A DNA stretch of 60,052 nt from Verrucomicrobiia bacterium (GTDB lineage Bacteria; Verrucomicrobiota; Verrucomicrobiia; Limisphaerales; Palsa-1400): NCBI GenBank assembly GCA_035551475.1, contig DASZMX010000144.1, positions 1-60,052 of the forward strand. Direction: 5' to 3'. The notes beneath the pieces are model-generated. The model saw nothing but the letters and a program-made list of their open reading frames with translations. It ran no database searches and had not been told where the DNA came from. Positions 46,303 to 55,122 of this stretch are shown in pieces. The position numbers and the translations under genes are program-made. Each line of letters starts with the position of its first letter. Within the stretch, counting starts at the first letter, position 1.

Positions 46303-48369
46303 ATGTCGGAAGATAAATCGGTCGTAAAACCAGTCGAGGCGCCCCCGCTCACTCCGCTCAAATTAAAATCCAAACTCGGCCCCACGCCGGCCCATCCGCC
46401 GAAATTTGCCGCCAAGGTCAAAAACGCCGCCGGGCAGGAGGTCGTGCTCGGCGATCCCCGCGCCACCCGCGCGCTCGTCGCGCTGATGGATGTGCATGCC
46501 GTCAACGGCGGCGCGGCTTGCCATTGGGGCGGCCCGGCGGCCTTCGCTGAGATCATGGCCTCCATCCACGGCATTATGTTCGCGGAAAAAGGCCGCCCGT
46601 GGCACGAAGCCTATAATTTTGTCAACGACGCCGGCCACACCGAAAATGGCATTTACGCCCTGCGCGCCAACTACGCGTTTGATGGCATGACGTTCGACGA
46701 CCTGAAAGGTTTTCGCAGCATTCACAGCAAATACACCGGGCACGGCGAATCGCATTTGAATCCGCAGCAGGTTCTCCTGAGCAATGGGCCATTGTCCTCC
46801 GCGTTGCCGCAGGCGCAGGGCCTCGCCATTGGCGACAAACTGCGCAAAAATGATCGCGTCACCATTTGCACGGTGTCCGACGGCGCCTCCATGGAGGGCG
46901 AAGCCAAGGAAGCCTTCGCGGCGATTCCCGGCCTGGCCTCCAAGGACCGCCTGAACCCATTCGTCATGGTGGTCTCCGACAACGACACCAAACTTTCGGG
47001 TCGGATCACCAAGGATTCGTTCAGCATGAAGCCCACGTTCGATTCCTTGCATGTGCTGGGCTGGCATGTGATCGAAGTTCCGGAAGGAAATGATTTGCAG
47101 CACGTCTATCTCGCGATGGAGAAAGCCGTGCAGGCCGCCAAAGCCGACCCGCGCCATCCAGTCTGTGTTTGGGCCCGCACCGTCAAGGGCTACAGCGTCC
47201 GCACCACCGAAGAAAGCCCCTCCGGCGGCCACGGTTTCCCGCTGACCAATGGCGAAAAGATTGTCGATTTTGTCAACGAGATTTATTTCGGCGGCGAACT
47301 GCCCAAGGAACTGGCGGCGTGGGCGCAAGCCTTGCGCGCCGATTGGGAGCAGAAGGACGCCGCCAAAAAAGCCAAGCCGGCCGCGGCGCCCGCGCCTGGC
47401 GCTGTCAAGAAGGATAAAATCCAGACCGGCCTGGCCAAGGCCGCCATTCGCGCCGCGCAGGAAGGCCTGCCGGTCTTTTCCGTCTCGGCGGACGTCGCCG
47501 GCTCGACCGGCATCGGGCCGTTCCAAAAAAGTTTCCCGGACCGCTTTCTCGACGTGGGCGTGGCCGAGGCGAACATGGTCAGCTCCGGCGCGGGTCTTTC
47601 CAAATCAGGCTTCATTCCGATTGTTGACACATTCGGCCAATTCGGCGTCACCAAGGGAAATCTGCCCTTGACCATGGCGGCCTTGTCGCAGGCGCCGGTT
47701 ATTGCGATTTTTTCGCACGTGGGCTTTCAAGACGCCGCCGACGGCGCGTCGCATCAAGCCACCACCTATTTTGCGGCGACTTCTCCCATTCCGCATACGG
47801 TCGTAATCGCGTGCTCTTGCGCCAACGAAGCCGAGGCGCTCATGCACGAAGCCATCAAGCGCGTGGCCGCCGCGCGCGAAAAAGGCGAGGACGGCGAGTC
47901 GGTGATTTTCTTCGTGGGACGCGAGAATTATCCCCTCTATTTTGATGAGAAGGCGAAGTATCCTTGGGGTAAAGCGGAAGTTTTGGCGACGGGCTCGGAT
48001 GTGGTGATCGTAGCGTGCGGGCCGCTGGTCGGCGACGCCCTGGAGGCCGGGCGCAAGCTGAAGGAGCAAGGCGTCAGCGCCACGGTTATCGCGAATCCTT
48101 TTGTGAACCGCGTCGATGTGGAAACCATCGGCGGGGCTGTGAAAAAATGCGGCGGCCGGCTCGTCACGATTGAAGATCATCAGGTGGTCTGCGGCATGGG
48201 CGCGCAGATTTCGCACGCCTTGTCGCAGGCAGGAATTATGCACAAGGTCAAATCGCTCGGCATTCAGGGCGAATTCGGGCAATCGGCCTATGTGGTCAAG
48301 GAGTTGTACGAAAAACACGGGCTGACGGCCGCCGGCTTGGTCAAAGCGGCGCACGAATTGCTGAAGTAA
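46303..48369 (+). CDS. transketolase-family thiamine-diphosphate enzyme (Tkt/Dxs-like) with about 60-aa Pro/Lys-rich N-terminal extension
   Basis: 688 aa. TPP-binding block TVSDGASMEGEAKEAFAAIPG...VMVVSDNDTKLSG (GDG..MEG ... NDN). An upstream H..TGHGESH...GPLSSALPQAQGLAIG resembles the transketolase GPLGQG segment. The Pyr and C-terminal domains follow. The N-terminal 60 aa (MSEDKSVVKPVEAPPLTPLKLKSKLGPTPAHPPKFAAKVKN) is not part of the fold. Confidence 0.55.
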   Translation: MSEDKSVVKPVEAPPLTPLKLKSKLGPTPAHPPKFAAKVKNAAGQEVVLGDPRATRALVALMDVHAVNGGAACHWGGPAAFAEIMASIHGIMFAEKGRPWHEAYNFVNDAGHTENGIYALRANYAFDGMTFDDLKGFRSIHSKYTGHGESHLNPQQVLLSNGPLSSALPQAQGLAIGDKLRKNDRVTICTVSDGASMEGEAKEAFAAIPGLASKDRLNPFVMVVSDNDTKLSGRITKDSFSMKPTFDSLHVLGWHVIEVPEGNDLQHVYLAMEKAVQAAKADPRHPVCVWARTVKGYSVRTTEESPSGGHGFPLTNGEKIVDFVNEIYFGGELPKELAAWAQALRADWEQKDAAKKAKPAAAPAPGAVKKDKIQTGLAKAAIRAAQEGLPVFSVSADVAGSTGIGPFQKSFPDRFLDVGVAEANMVSSGAGLSKSGFIPIVDTFGQFGVTKGNLPLTMAALSQAPVIAIFSHVGFQDAADGASHQATTYFAATSPIPHTVVIACSCANEAEALMHEAIKRVAAAREKGEDGESVIFFVGRENYPLYFDEKAKYPWGKAEVLATGSDVVIVACGPLVGDALEAGRKLKEQGVSATVIANPFVNRVDVETIGGAVKKCGGRLVTIEDHQVVCGMGAQISHALSQAGIMHKVKSLGIQGEFGQSAYVVKELYEKHGLTAAGLVKAAHELLK

Positions 48370-48394
48370 GCGTCGGCTCAATTTTGCAAACGAC

Positions 48395-48955
48395 ATGGCG
48401 GTGGAGCATACATCGTTGCAAGGGCAGTTGCTGTTGGACGGGGGCAAATTGCAGGGTTCGTTTTTTCAACGAACGGTCGTGCTGATTTGCCAGCATGACG
48501 CCGAGGGCGCCTTTGGCCTGGTCTTGAACCGCGCGGCGGACAGCAAGGTGGGCGAGGCAATTGTCGCGAACCTGCCCGAGGAGATCAAGGAGCAGCGCCT
48601 TTACATTGGCGGCCCCGTGCAACCGGCGGCGTTAAGTTTTCTGCATTCCAACGATTTCTCGCCCCAGCCCAACGTCATGATGAACATCACCCTCGGCCAT
48701 TCCATTGAGGCCTTGACCGATTTGGGCGACACTTTTACGCCGGCCACGAAATTGCGCCTCTTCGCCGGCTACGCGGGGTGGACGGCCGGCCAATTGGATA
48801 ACGAAATGGCGCGCAAAGATTGGCTCACCCACCCGGCCTCCGTGGATCTGATATTTGACACCGATCCCACCCTGCTTTGGCGGGCGATCCTGCGCCAAAA
48901 AGGCCTGAAAAAACGGCTGCTGGCCGAATCGCCGGAAGATCTTTCGTGGAATTAG
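48395..48955 (+). CDS. YqgE/AlgH family protein (UPF0301)
   Basis: LQGQLLLDGGKLQGSFFQRTVVLICQHDAEGAFGLVLNR matches the family N-terminus (L.G.LLIA.P.L.D.NF.R.VI.ICEH...GA.GLI.NRP). 186 aa. Confidence 0.75.
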   Translation: MAVEHTSLQGQLLLDGGKLQGSFFQRTVVLICQHDAEGAFGLVLNRAADSKVGEAIVANLPEEIKEQRLYIGGPVQPAALSFLHSNDFSPQPNVMMNITLGHSIEALTDLGDTFTPATKLRLFAGYAGWTAGQLDNEMARKDWLTHPASVDLIFDTDPTLLWRAILRQKGLKKRLLAESPEDLSWN

Positions 48956-49701
48956 GCGGCGCCCAAGGCCGCCTGTTGCAATTCGGCTAGTTCCTTGATG
49001 CCGGCTTTTCCGACCGTCAGCATCGCGGCCAATTGTTCATCGGTGAACGTTGCTTCTTCGCCGCTCCCTTGCAGCTCGATGAATTCGCCGGAGGCGTTCA
49101 TCACGAGATTCATGTCCACTGAGGCCGCAACATCTTCGACGTAGGACAAATCCAGCAACGGCCTTCCCTCCACGATGCCCACGCTCACCCCCGCCACGGG
49201 GGCCTGAATGGGATTCACCGAAAGTTTTCCGTCCGCCATCAGCTTCTTCACGGCCAGCGCCAAGGCCACGAATGCCCCGGTGATCGCCGCTGTGCGTGTG
49301 CCGCCGTCCGCTTGCAACACATCGCAATCCAGCCACAATGTGCGCGGCCCGACTTTTTCCAAATCGATCGCGGCGCGAATGGAGCGTCCAATCAAGCGCT
49401 GGATTTCCTGTGAGCGCCCGTCAATTTTGCCCTTGGTGATATCGCGGGCTTTGCGGGTAAGGGTGGAATACGGCAGCATCGAATATTCCGCCGTGATCCA
49501 ACCGCCGACGACGCCCTGCTCTTTCATCCAGCGCGGGACCGATTCCTCCACCATCACGCCGCAAATGACGCGCGTGTTGCCCCACTCGATCAGCGTCGAG
49601 CCGGTGGCGTGCGGCGCCACGCCGTTCTGAAAGCGGATCGGCCGCAATTGGTCGGGCCGCCGGCCATCGGAACGCGCGGCGGGCAAGGTGGTTGTTTCCA
49701 T
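48952..49701 (-). CDS. rph: ribonuclease PH
   Basis: In-frame ATG at 49699-49701 (METTTLPAARSDGRRPDQLRPIRFQNGVAPHATGSTLIEWGNTRVICGV...), the canonical RNase PH N-terminus (R.DGR...ELRP.......A.GS.L...G.T.VLC). 249 aa. Its stop overlaps the yqgE stop region (convergent, 4-nt overlap). Confidence 0.85.
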   Translation of the reverse strand: METTTLPAARSDGRRPDQLRPIRFQNGVAPHATGSTLIEWGNTRVICGVMVEESVPRWMKEQGVVGGWITAEYSMLPYSTLTRKARDITKGKIDGRSQEIQRLIGRSIRAAIDLEKVGPRTLWLDCDVLQADGGTRTAAITGAFVALALAVKKLMADGKLSVNPIQAPVAGVSVGIVEGRPLLDLSYVEDVAASVDMNLVMNASGEFIELQGSGEEATFTDEQLAAMLTVGKAGIKELAELQQAALGAA

Positions 49702-49782
49702 GACGGCGACTTTAGCGCCGCAACGCCAAAATGCGACACATTCATTGCGCGCCCTTTTCGCCACGCCTATACTGCCTGGCTA

Positions 49783-50946
49783 ATGTTGGACGAACCCATC
49801 ATCGAGCATTTATATGTTCATGTGCCTTTCTGCGCCCGGAAATGCGCTTATTGCGCCTTTTACTCCGAGGCTGGCGATGCGGCATTGATCCAACGCTACG
49901 CCGAGGCTCTCGTCCGTGAAATGGAGCTGGTTGCCGCTGATCTCAAGCCTCGCACGATTTTTTTTGGCGGAGGCACGCCGTCGCTGCTCAACTTGCGGCA
50001 ATGGGAAATGATCTTCCAGGCGATGGATCGGCTGCATCTTTTAGGCGCCGCCGAATGGACAATCGAATGCAATCCCGCCACCGTCTCGCTCGATAAGGCG
50101 CGGCTTTTTCGCCAATTCGGCGTCAATCGTATTTCAATGGGCGCCCAGAGTTTTGATGAAACCCTGCTGGAAAAACTGGGCCGCGTGCACAGCCGCGACA
50201 TGATTTATCGCTCCTTCGACACGCTCCGCGCGGCTGGCTTCGACAATATCAACATTGATCTGATGTTCGCCATCCCCGGCCAAACGCTCGACGTGTGGCG
50301 CCAGAGCTTGCGCGACGCGCTGGCGCTCGGCACGGAGCACCTCTCGTGCTACGAAGTGATTTATGAGGAAGACACCGCCCTTTACGAGGATCTCCAGGCC
50401 GGGCGCGTCGAGGTGAACGAGGATCTCGCGTGCGCCATGTACGAAGAATTGCTCGGCGCCATGGAGAGCGGCGGGTTCGCGCAATATGAGGTGGCCAACT
50501 TCGCGCGCGGCTCCACGCTCGACACGGGCGAGATTCCCGCCCGGGCTTGCCGCCATAACATCAATTATTGGCGCGGGGGCTCTTATTACGGCGTCGGCCC
50601 CAGCGCGGCGGAATACGTCCGAGGCGCCCGCGCTAAAAATTGGTCCAACACCGTGCTCTGGTGCGAGCAACTGGAAAAAGGACGCCGCGCGGTGGAGTCA
50701 ACTGAAAGGCTCGAGCCTCTGGCGCGCGCCGGGGAACTGGCGGCTTTCGGCCTGCGCATGAACGCCGGCTGGCCGCTGGACAAGTTCCAAGCGCGCACCG
50801 GCTTTGATTTGCGGCGGGAATGGCGCGGGGAAATCAAAAAGCTGATCGATTTGGGCTATGGCTGTTTCGAGGGAGGCCGGTTTCATTTGACACGCACCGG
50901 GATGCGCTACGCCGACTGGGCGGCGGAAGAATTCCTGAAAGTATAA
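49783..50946 (+). CDS. hemW: radical SAM heme chaperone HemW (HemN-like, oxygen-independent coproporphyrinogen-III oxidase-like)
   Basis: ATG at 49783 gives MLDEPIIEHLYVHVPFCARKCAYCAFYS (H.PFC...C.YC.F). Also GGGTPS and a HemN C-terminal domain. 387 aa. Confidence 0.85.
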   Translation: MLDEPIIEHLYVHVPFCARKCAYCAFYSEAGDAALIQRYAEALVREMELVAADLKPRTIFFGGGTPSLLNLRQWEMIFQAMDRLHLLGAAEWTIECNPATVSLDKARLFRQFGVNRISMGAQSFDETLLEKLGRVHSRDMIYRSFDTLRAAGFDNINIDLMFAIPGQTLDVWRQSLRDALALGTEHLSCYEVIYEEDTALYEDLQAGRVEVNEDLACAMYEELLGAMESGGFAQYEVANFARGSTLDTGEIPARACRHNINYWRGGSYYGVGPSAAEYVRGARAKNWSNTVLWCEQLEKGRRAVESTERLEPLARAGELAAFGLRMNAGWPLDKFQARTGFDLRREWRGEIKKLIDLGYGCFEGGRFHLTRTGMRYADWAAEEFLKV

Positions 50947-50949
50947 CGG

Positions 50950-51957
50950 TTAGTGGCGTTTGACTGGAGGGGAGTCGTCTATGGGCGGCGCAGGCGGCCC
51001 GCCCGTCGGAAGGTTGGGATTAGTCTTGCCACTGCCACCCACTTGGACGCCGCTTTGCGACGGCCCTGCAGCCGCGTTCTGAAGATTTTGATATTGCGTG
51101 GCGGGATCCACGGCCTCTGGCGGGGGCCAGCTGCGGGCGGCAACATTCCCGGAAGGCGCAGCGCTTCCACCCAGATTGATCGGCACCGCATTGGGCGAGG
51201 TGATTCCTCCGTAACCAGGCGCTCCATAACCCGACCCGCCGTAGCTGGCGCCGCCGGACACGCTGACGCCACTGCCTCCGCCGCCGTAGCTTTGCCCGCC
51301 AAAATTCGCCGCGTAATTATTCGGCGTGGCATTTGCCGCGCCGCTGGTGTCTGCCGCCGAATTGTTGTCGCCGCCGCCGCCTCCAATAATTATCGCGCCC
51401 GGACTGGACGCTGGGGACGCCTCCGCAGCAGCAGCCGCGGGCGCCACGGGAGGCGCGGGGAAGCCGGGCAACCGCCGCAGCGCCGGATTATTGGGAGCAG
51501 CCGCGGGAGCGGCGCCTTTGGCGCTGGCGAAACTATTGCTGGCCACGGAAAGTGTCATGGGCGTGCCGGAATTGATCACGTCCACTTCCTCTTTTTCCTT
51601 GTTGATCTTGACCAATTCCAACTGTCCCTGGCGTTCGCCGGCGGCCAGATTCAGATAAGTCGTCTGCTCCTTCGCATCCTTGGGCGCCAAGGCAAATAAA
51701 ACGCGCGTTACTTCGCCTACCTTGATAATCCCCGTCAACTTGTATTGCGGCAGGTCGCTCGGCTTGACTTCCGGGGGTGGAGGCGGGGGAGGCGGCGGGT
51801 TCAACCGAAAAACATTCCGGTCACTGATCACCGCGTAAGGATTGGCGTCGCCGACCGGAGCTGCGGCCTCTGGGGAGACGGCCACGGCCCGCGCGGCAAG
51901 GACAACTCCCAGGCAACCGGCGGCCACGATGCAGGATTTAAGGGAACTCCGGCTCAC
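50950..51957 (-). CDS. secreted proline-rich protein with PilP/GspC-HR-like beta domain and long Gly/Ser/Ala-rich C-terminal tail
   Basis: GTG start. Signal peptide MSRSSLKSCIVAAGCLGVVLAARAVA. P10 run (NPPPPPPPPPPEV). Then YKLTGIIKVGEVTRVLFALAPKDAKEQTTYLNLAAGERQGQLELVKINKEKEEVDVINSG, which resembles the PilP/GspC secretin-interacting fold pattern (Y.L.Gii.....A.i......v..Gd..g...v..I....V.l..nG). The C-terminal ~200 aa are low-complexity G/S/A/P/N. Confidence 0.45.
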   Translation of the reverse strand: MSRSSLKSCIVAAGCLGVVLAARAVAVSPEAAAPVGDANPYAVISDRNVFRLNPPPPPPPPPEVKPSDLPQYKLTGIIKVGEVTRVLFALAPKDAKEQTTYLNLAAGERQGQLELVKINKEKEEVDVINSGTPMTLSVASNSFASAKGAAPAAAPNNPALRRLPGFPAPPVAPAAAAAEASPASSPGAIIIGGGGGDNNSAADTSGAANATPNNYAANFGGQSYGGGGSGVSVSGGASYGGSGYGAPGYGGITSPNAVPINLGGSAAPSGNVAARSWPPPEAVDPATQYQNLQNAAAGPSQSGVQVGGSGKTNPNLPTGGPPAPPIDDSPPVKRH

Positions 51958-52014
51958 GGCGACACTATACTCACACCCGTTGCCAACACCAACCGATTAA
52001 TTAAGTTGCGAAAC

Positions 52015-52293
52015 TTAAGCGGCCTTGGCCTTGGAAGCCGCGTTCAAGCGCAGGCTCAGGCGGGACTTGTGCCGATTGGCGCGCGCCCAATGGATGACGC
52101 CTTTTTTGGAGGCTTTATCCAAAGCGGAGCTGAGATTGCGCAGCGCAGCCGTGGCCTCTTCCTTCTTGCCCGAGGTGAGCAGGCCCGCGTATTTCCGCTC
52201 CAGGTTGTGCAGGCTGGATTTGACGGTTTGGTTCTGGAGTTTTTTGCGGGCGCTATTGCGCATCCGGCGTCCGGCTGATTTTGTGTTCGGCAT
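52015..52293 (-). CDS. rpsT: 30S ribosomal protein S20
   Basis: 92 aa: MPNTKSAGRRMRNSARKKLQNQTVKSSLHNLERKY...ASKKGVIHWARANRHKSRLSLRLNA, the canonical bS20. Confidence 0.9.
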   Translation of the reverse strand: MPNTKSAGRRMRNSARKKLQNQTVKSSLHNLERKYAGLLTSGKKEEATAALRNLSSALDKASKKGVIHWARANRHKSRLSLRLNAASKAKAA

Positions 52294-52360
52294 AGTTAAA
52301 CAATCGTCTCGAAAGGGGTAACGGTAACGGAACCAGGTTTTTTGTCAACGGCGTAACAGG

Positions 52361-53044
52361 TCAGGATTTCAACAATAATTCCACGTAGGGCAAATCCGCG
52401 GGCACCGTGACCTTGGGGTTGGGGATGGCGCTGGGAACAAGCGTGACGGCCTGGCCGATGAGTTCGCAGGCGGCGGTGTCGTCGGTGACTTGCGCGCCTT
52501 GCTCGCGCACCTTGGCCAGCGCGCGGCGGATGATTTCCACGCGGAAGGTTTGCGGCGTTTGCACGGCCCATAATTCCGCCCGGTGCAAATGGCCCGCAAT
52601 GGTGGCGCCGTCCAGAGATTTTTTAATGGTGTCCGAGACAGGCTGGGCTGCGACTGCGGCGCCAAACTTTGTGGCGGCGGCAATGGTGGCGGCTATCAAA
52701 TCCACTCCGGTGCAAGGCCGCGCGGCATCCTGAATCGCCACAATCTGCGAGGATGGGGCCAGCGCCTGCAAACCGTTCCAGACGGAGTCCTGGCGTTCTT
52801 TTCCGCCCACCACCAATCGGTAAGGCTTAGTCAAACCAATTTTCTCCGCCATTTCCGTAAAGAGCGGTTGCAGCCCCTCGCGAATGACCAGCACAATTTC
52901 ATGAATGCAGGCGGCGCGGTCGAAACGCTCCCAGGTGTGCGCCACGACGGGGCGGCCGGCGACGGACAAAAATAGTTTGTCAGTCTGCGGGCCCATGCGG
53001 ACGCCTTTGCCCGCGGCGACGATTAAGGCGGAATGAGAAATCAC
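52361..53044 (-). CDS. ispD: 2-C-methyl-D-erythritol 4-phosphate cytidylyltransferase
   Basis: GTG start at 53042-53044 gives (V)ISHSALIVAAGKGVRMGPQTDKLFLSVAGRPVVAHTWERF (IspD: ..A.I.AAG.G.RMG...PKQ.L.L.G.P.L.H.L..F). 228 aa. The longer track ORF upstream has no family similarity. It overlaps the pdxA stop. Confidence 0.75.
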   Translation of the reverse strand: MISHSALIVAAGKGVRMGPQTDKLFLSVAGRPVVAHTWERFDRAACIHEIVLVIREGLQPLFTEMAEKIGLTKPYRLVVGGKERQDSVWNGLQALAPSSQIVAIQDAARPCTGVDLIAATIAAATKFGAAVAAQPVSDTIKKSLDGATIAGHLHRAELWAVQTPQTFRVEIIRRALAKVREQGAQVTDDTAACELIGQAVTLVPSAIPNPKVTVPADLPYVELLLKS

Positions 53045-54033
53045 GGAGAGCGGCGCGCGAGTTGTTTGGCCAGGCGCAGCGCGGCGCGCATGCTGGAGGC
53101 GTCCGCCTTGCCCTGACCGGCTATATCGTAAGCCGTGCCATGATCCGGCGAGGTGCGGATGAACGGCAGGCCGAGCGTCCAATTAATGCCGTTTTCGAAT
53201 GCCACCATTTTGAGCGGCGCCAAGCCCTGGTCGTGATACATCGCGACCACCGCGTCGTAATCGCCACGATAGGCGTGATAAAAAAGCGTGTCGGCTGGAA
53301 AAGGCCCATGCGCATCGATCCCCTGCCCTTGAGCGGCTTGCAGGACGGGCGTGATGAGCGTGATTTCTTCGTCGCCAAATTGGCCGCCTTCACCGGCGTG
53401 GGGATTGAGGCCGCACACCGCCACGCGCTGGCGCGGCAGGCCAAGATCGTGGCACGCGCGGGAAGCCAGTTCGATGGCCAATTGGATATTCTCGGCGCGA
53501 AGCTTGGCCGCGACTAGTTTCAACGGCAAATGCGTGGTGGCCAAGGCGACGCGCAGCCAGCGTCCGCGGTCGTCCTGGCCCAGCAGCATCATGGCGGTGC
53601 GCGGCGACCCGGCGAGCTCGGAAAGAAATTCGGTCTGGCCGATAAATGGCAGGCCGGTGCGCATTATGGCTTCCTTATTGACAGGCGCGGTGACCAAGGC
53701 GTCCATCTCATGCCGGAGGCAGCGTTGCGCGCCGTCCGTCAGCCAGGCCACGGCGGCGCGCGCGGCGGTCGGCGAACCCGGCGGCAAATCCGCCGGCAGC
53801 GGTTCGGATAGTGGATTATGGACGAAAAAACGGCCCGGATCGGTGGGGGCGCAAAAACGGCGTAGCTCCAATCCCAAGCCCAGGCGGCGTGCCAAGGCTT
53901 CCACCAAATCGAGATCACCAATCAGAAGGTAACGCGTGTCATCCGCGGCCGCTTCCGCCGCGAGGGCCTTGAGCGTCACTTCCGGGCCGACGCCGGTGAC
54001 GTCTCCCAGCGCAATGGCAATCCAGCCGGTCAC
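53041..54033 (-). CDS. pdxA: 4-hydroxythreonine-4-phosphate dehydrogenase
   Basis: 330 aa with PdxA blocks IAIALGDVTGVGPEV, GLNPHAGEGG, and MYHDQGLAPLKMVAFENGINWTLGLPFIRTSPDHGTAYDIAG. Confidence 0.85.
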   Translation of the reverse strand: MTGWIAIALGDVTGVGPEVTLKALAAEAAADDTRYLLIGDLDLVEALARRLGLGLELRRFCAPTDPGRFFVHNPLSEPLPADLPPGSPTAARAAVAWLTDGAQRCLRHEMDALVTAPVNKEAIMRTGLPFIGQTEFLSELAGSPRTAMMLLGQDDRGRWLRVALATTHLPLKLVAAKLRAENIQLAIELASRACHDLGLPRQRVAVCGLNPHAGEGGQFGDEEITLITPVLQAAQGQGIDAHGPFPADTLFYHAYRGDYDAVVAMYHDQGLAPLKMVAFENGINWTLGLPFIRTSPDHGTAYDIAGQGKADASSMRAALRLAKQLARRSP

Positions 54034-54054
54034 AAGATTGGGGAACGCACGCCG

Positions 54055-55017
54055 CTAATAGTAGCGCACGAACGATTTCGCTTTCATCCGGTCGATCCAT
54101 TTCTGGCGAAGACGCGCGCTTTCCTGCGATTTGAGGGTGCGCTCGATATCATCGCGCACTTCAGCCAAGTCGCGGACATGGGCCACGCGGGCTTCATCGA
54201 CCATCAGCAAATAACATGCGCCATTGGGAAGTTCCACAATGCCGCTGTGCATTCCGGGCTTGAGGGCAAAAGCGGCGTCGGCGAGTTCCGGGGTGAGGTA
54301 GGAGCGCTGAACCCAGCCGCGATCGCCACCCTCGGCGCGTTGCGGACCGGAGGAATAGACGGCGGCCATTTCGGCGAAGGGAACGCCTTCGTTGATCTTG
54401 CGCAAAATTTCTTCCGCCACACGCCGGGCCGTGCCGGGAGAGGCGTCCGCGGGCTGGCTGATGGCGATCATCTTCAACTTGACCTGGTCCGGCAGCTTAA
54501 ATTCGTCCTTATGAGCGTCGTAATAATTTTGGATTTTGAGCGGGGAAATGAGCACCTTTTTCTGCGAGGTGTTCTGGTAGCTCATGTATTCAATGATGAA
54601 TTTCTCACGCTCCTGGCGGCGATACATCTCGTACGTCATCCCTTGCGCCTGGAGGGTTTTGATAAGGCGCGAACGGTCGCCGTAATATTCCTTTTTGATG
54701 TTGTCGCGCACCCGGTCATCGATGAAGGCCTCGAGCAAGTTGGTTTGATAACCTTCGGAGGTGAAGGAATGAATGATCAACTCGCGTTCGACGAGGCTTT
54801 CGATCTGGTCGTTTTTGATTTTCTCGGCCGTTTGCTCGAACTTCTCCTTGTCGGCGTAGGAGATATTCGGCAGGCGCGGAGCGACTGACTCGATAATTTG
54901 GCCGTAGGTAATGACGGATTGGTTGACCACCACCTGGATGGCGCTGACCAATTCGGAGTGCGCGGGCGCGGCCAGCAAAAGGGCGGAGGCGATCAGCCCT
55001 GGATAACAGACCTTCAT
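54055..55017 (-). CDS. SurA-like periplasmic chaperone / parvulin-type peptidyl-prolyl isomerase
   Basis: In-frame ATG at 55015-55017 (MKVCYPGLIASALLLAAPAHS; signal peptide). SurA-N-like chaperone region, then a PpiC/parvulin domain (…KLKMIAISQPADASPG...AEEILRKINEGVPFAEMAAVYS...GGDRGWV...). Immediately upstream of pdxA, as in the E. coli surA-pdxA arrangement. Confidence 0.7.
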   Translation of the reverse strand: MKVCYPGLIASALLLAAPAHSELVSAIQVVVNQSVITYGQIIESVAPRLPNISYADKEKFEQTAEKIKNDQIESLVERELIIHSFTSEGYQTNLLEAFIDDRVRDNIKKEYYGDRSRLIKTLQAQGMTYEMYRRQEREKFIIEYMSYQNTSQKKVLISPLKIQNYYDAHKDEFKLPDQVKLKMIAISQPADASPGTARRVAEEILRKINEGVPFAEMAAVYSSGPQRAEGGDRGWVQRSYLTPELADAAFALKPGMHSGIVELPNGACYLLMVDEARVAHVRDLAEVRDDIERTLKSQESARLRQKWIDRMKAKSFVRYY

Positions 55018-55122
55018 GAGGCGCCATCGTAAAGAACCGCGATTTTCGGGCAAGCCTAAACTGGGCAAAATTCACGCGGCGCCAAGTGTTCGCGGGGCGT
55101 TTTTACTTTCATTTGCGCGCTA

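Noticed and set aside
51000-51960. Possible CRISPR or tandem repeats suggested by GGnGGn periodicity
   Set aside because: The periodicity is coding low complexity (Gly/Ser/Pro-rich protein). It is not interspersed direct repeats with unique spacers, and no cas genes are present. No CRISPR array was found anywhere in the window.
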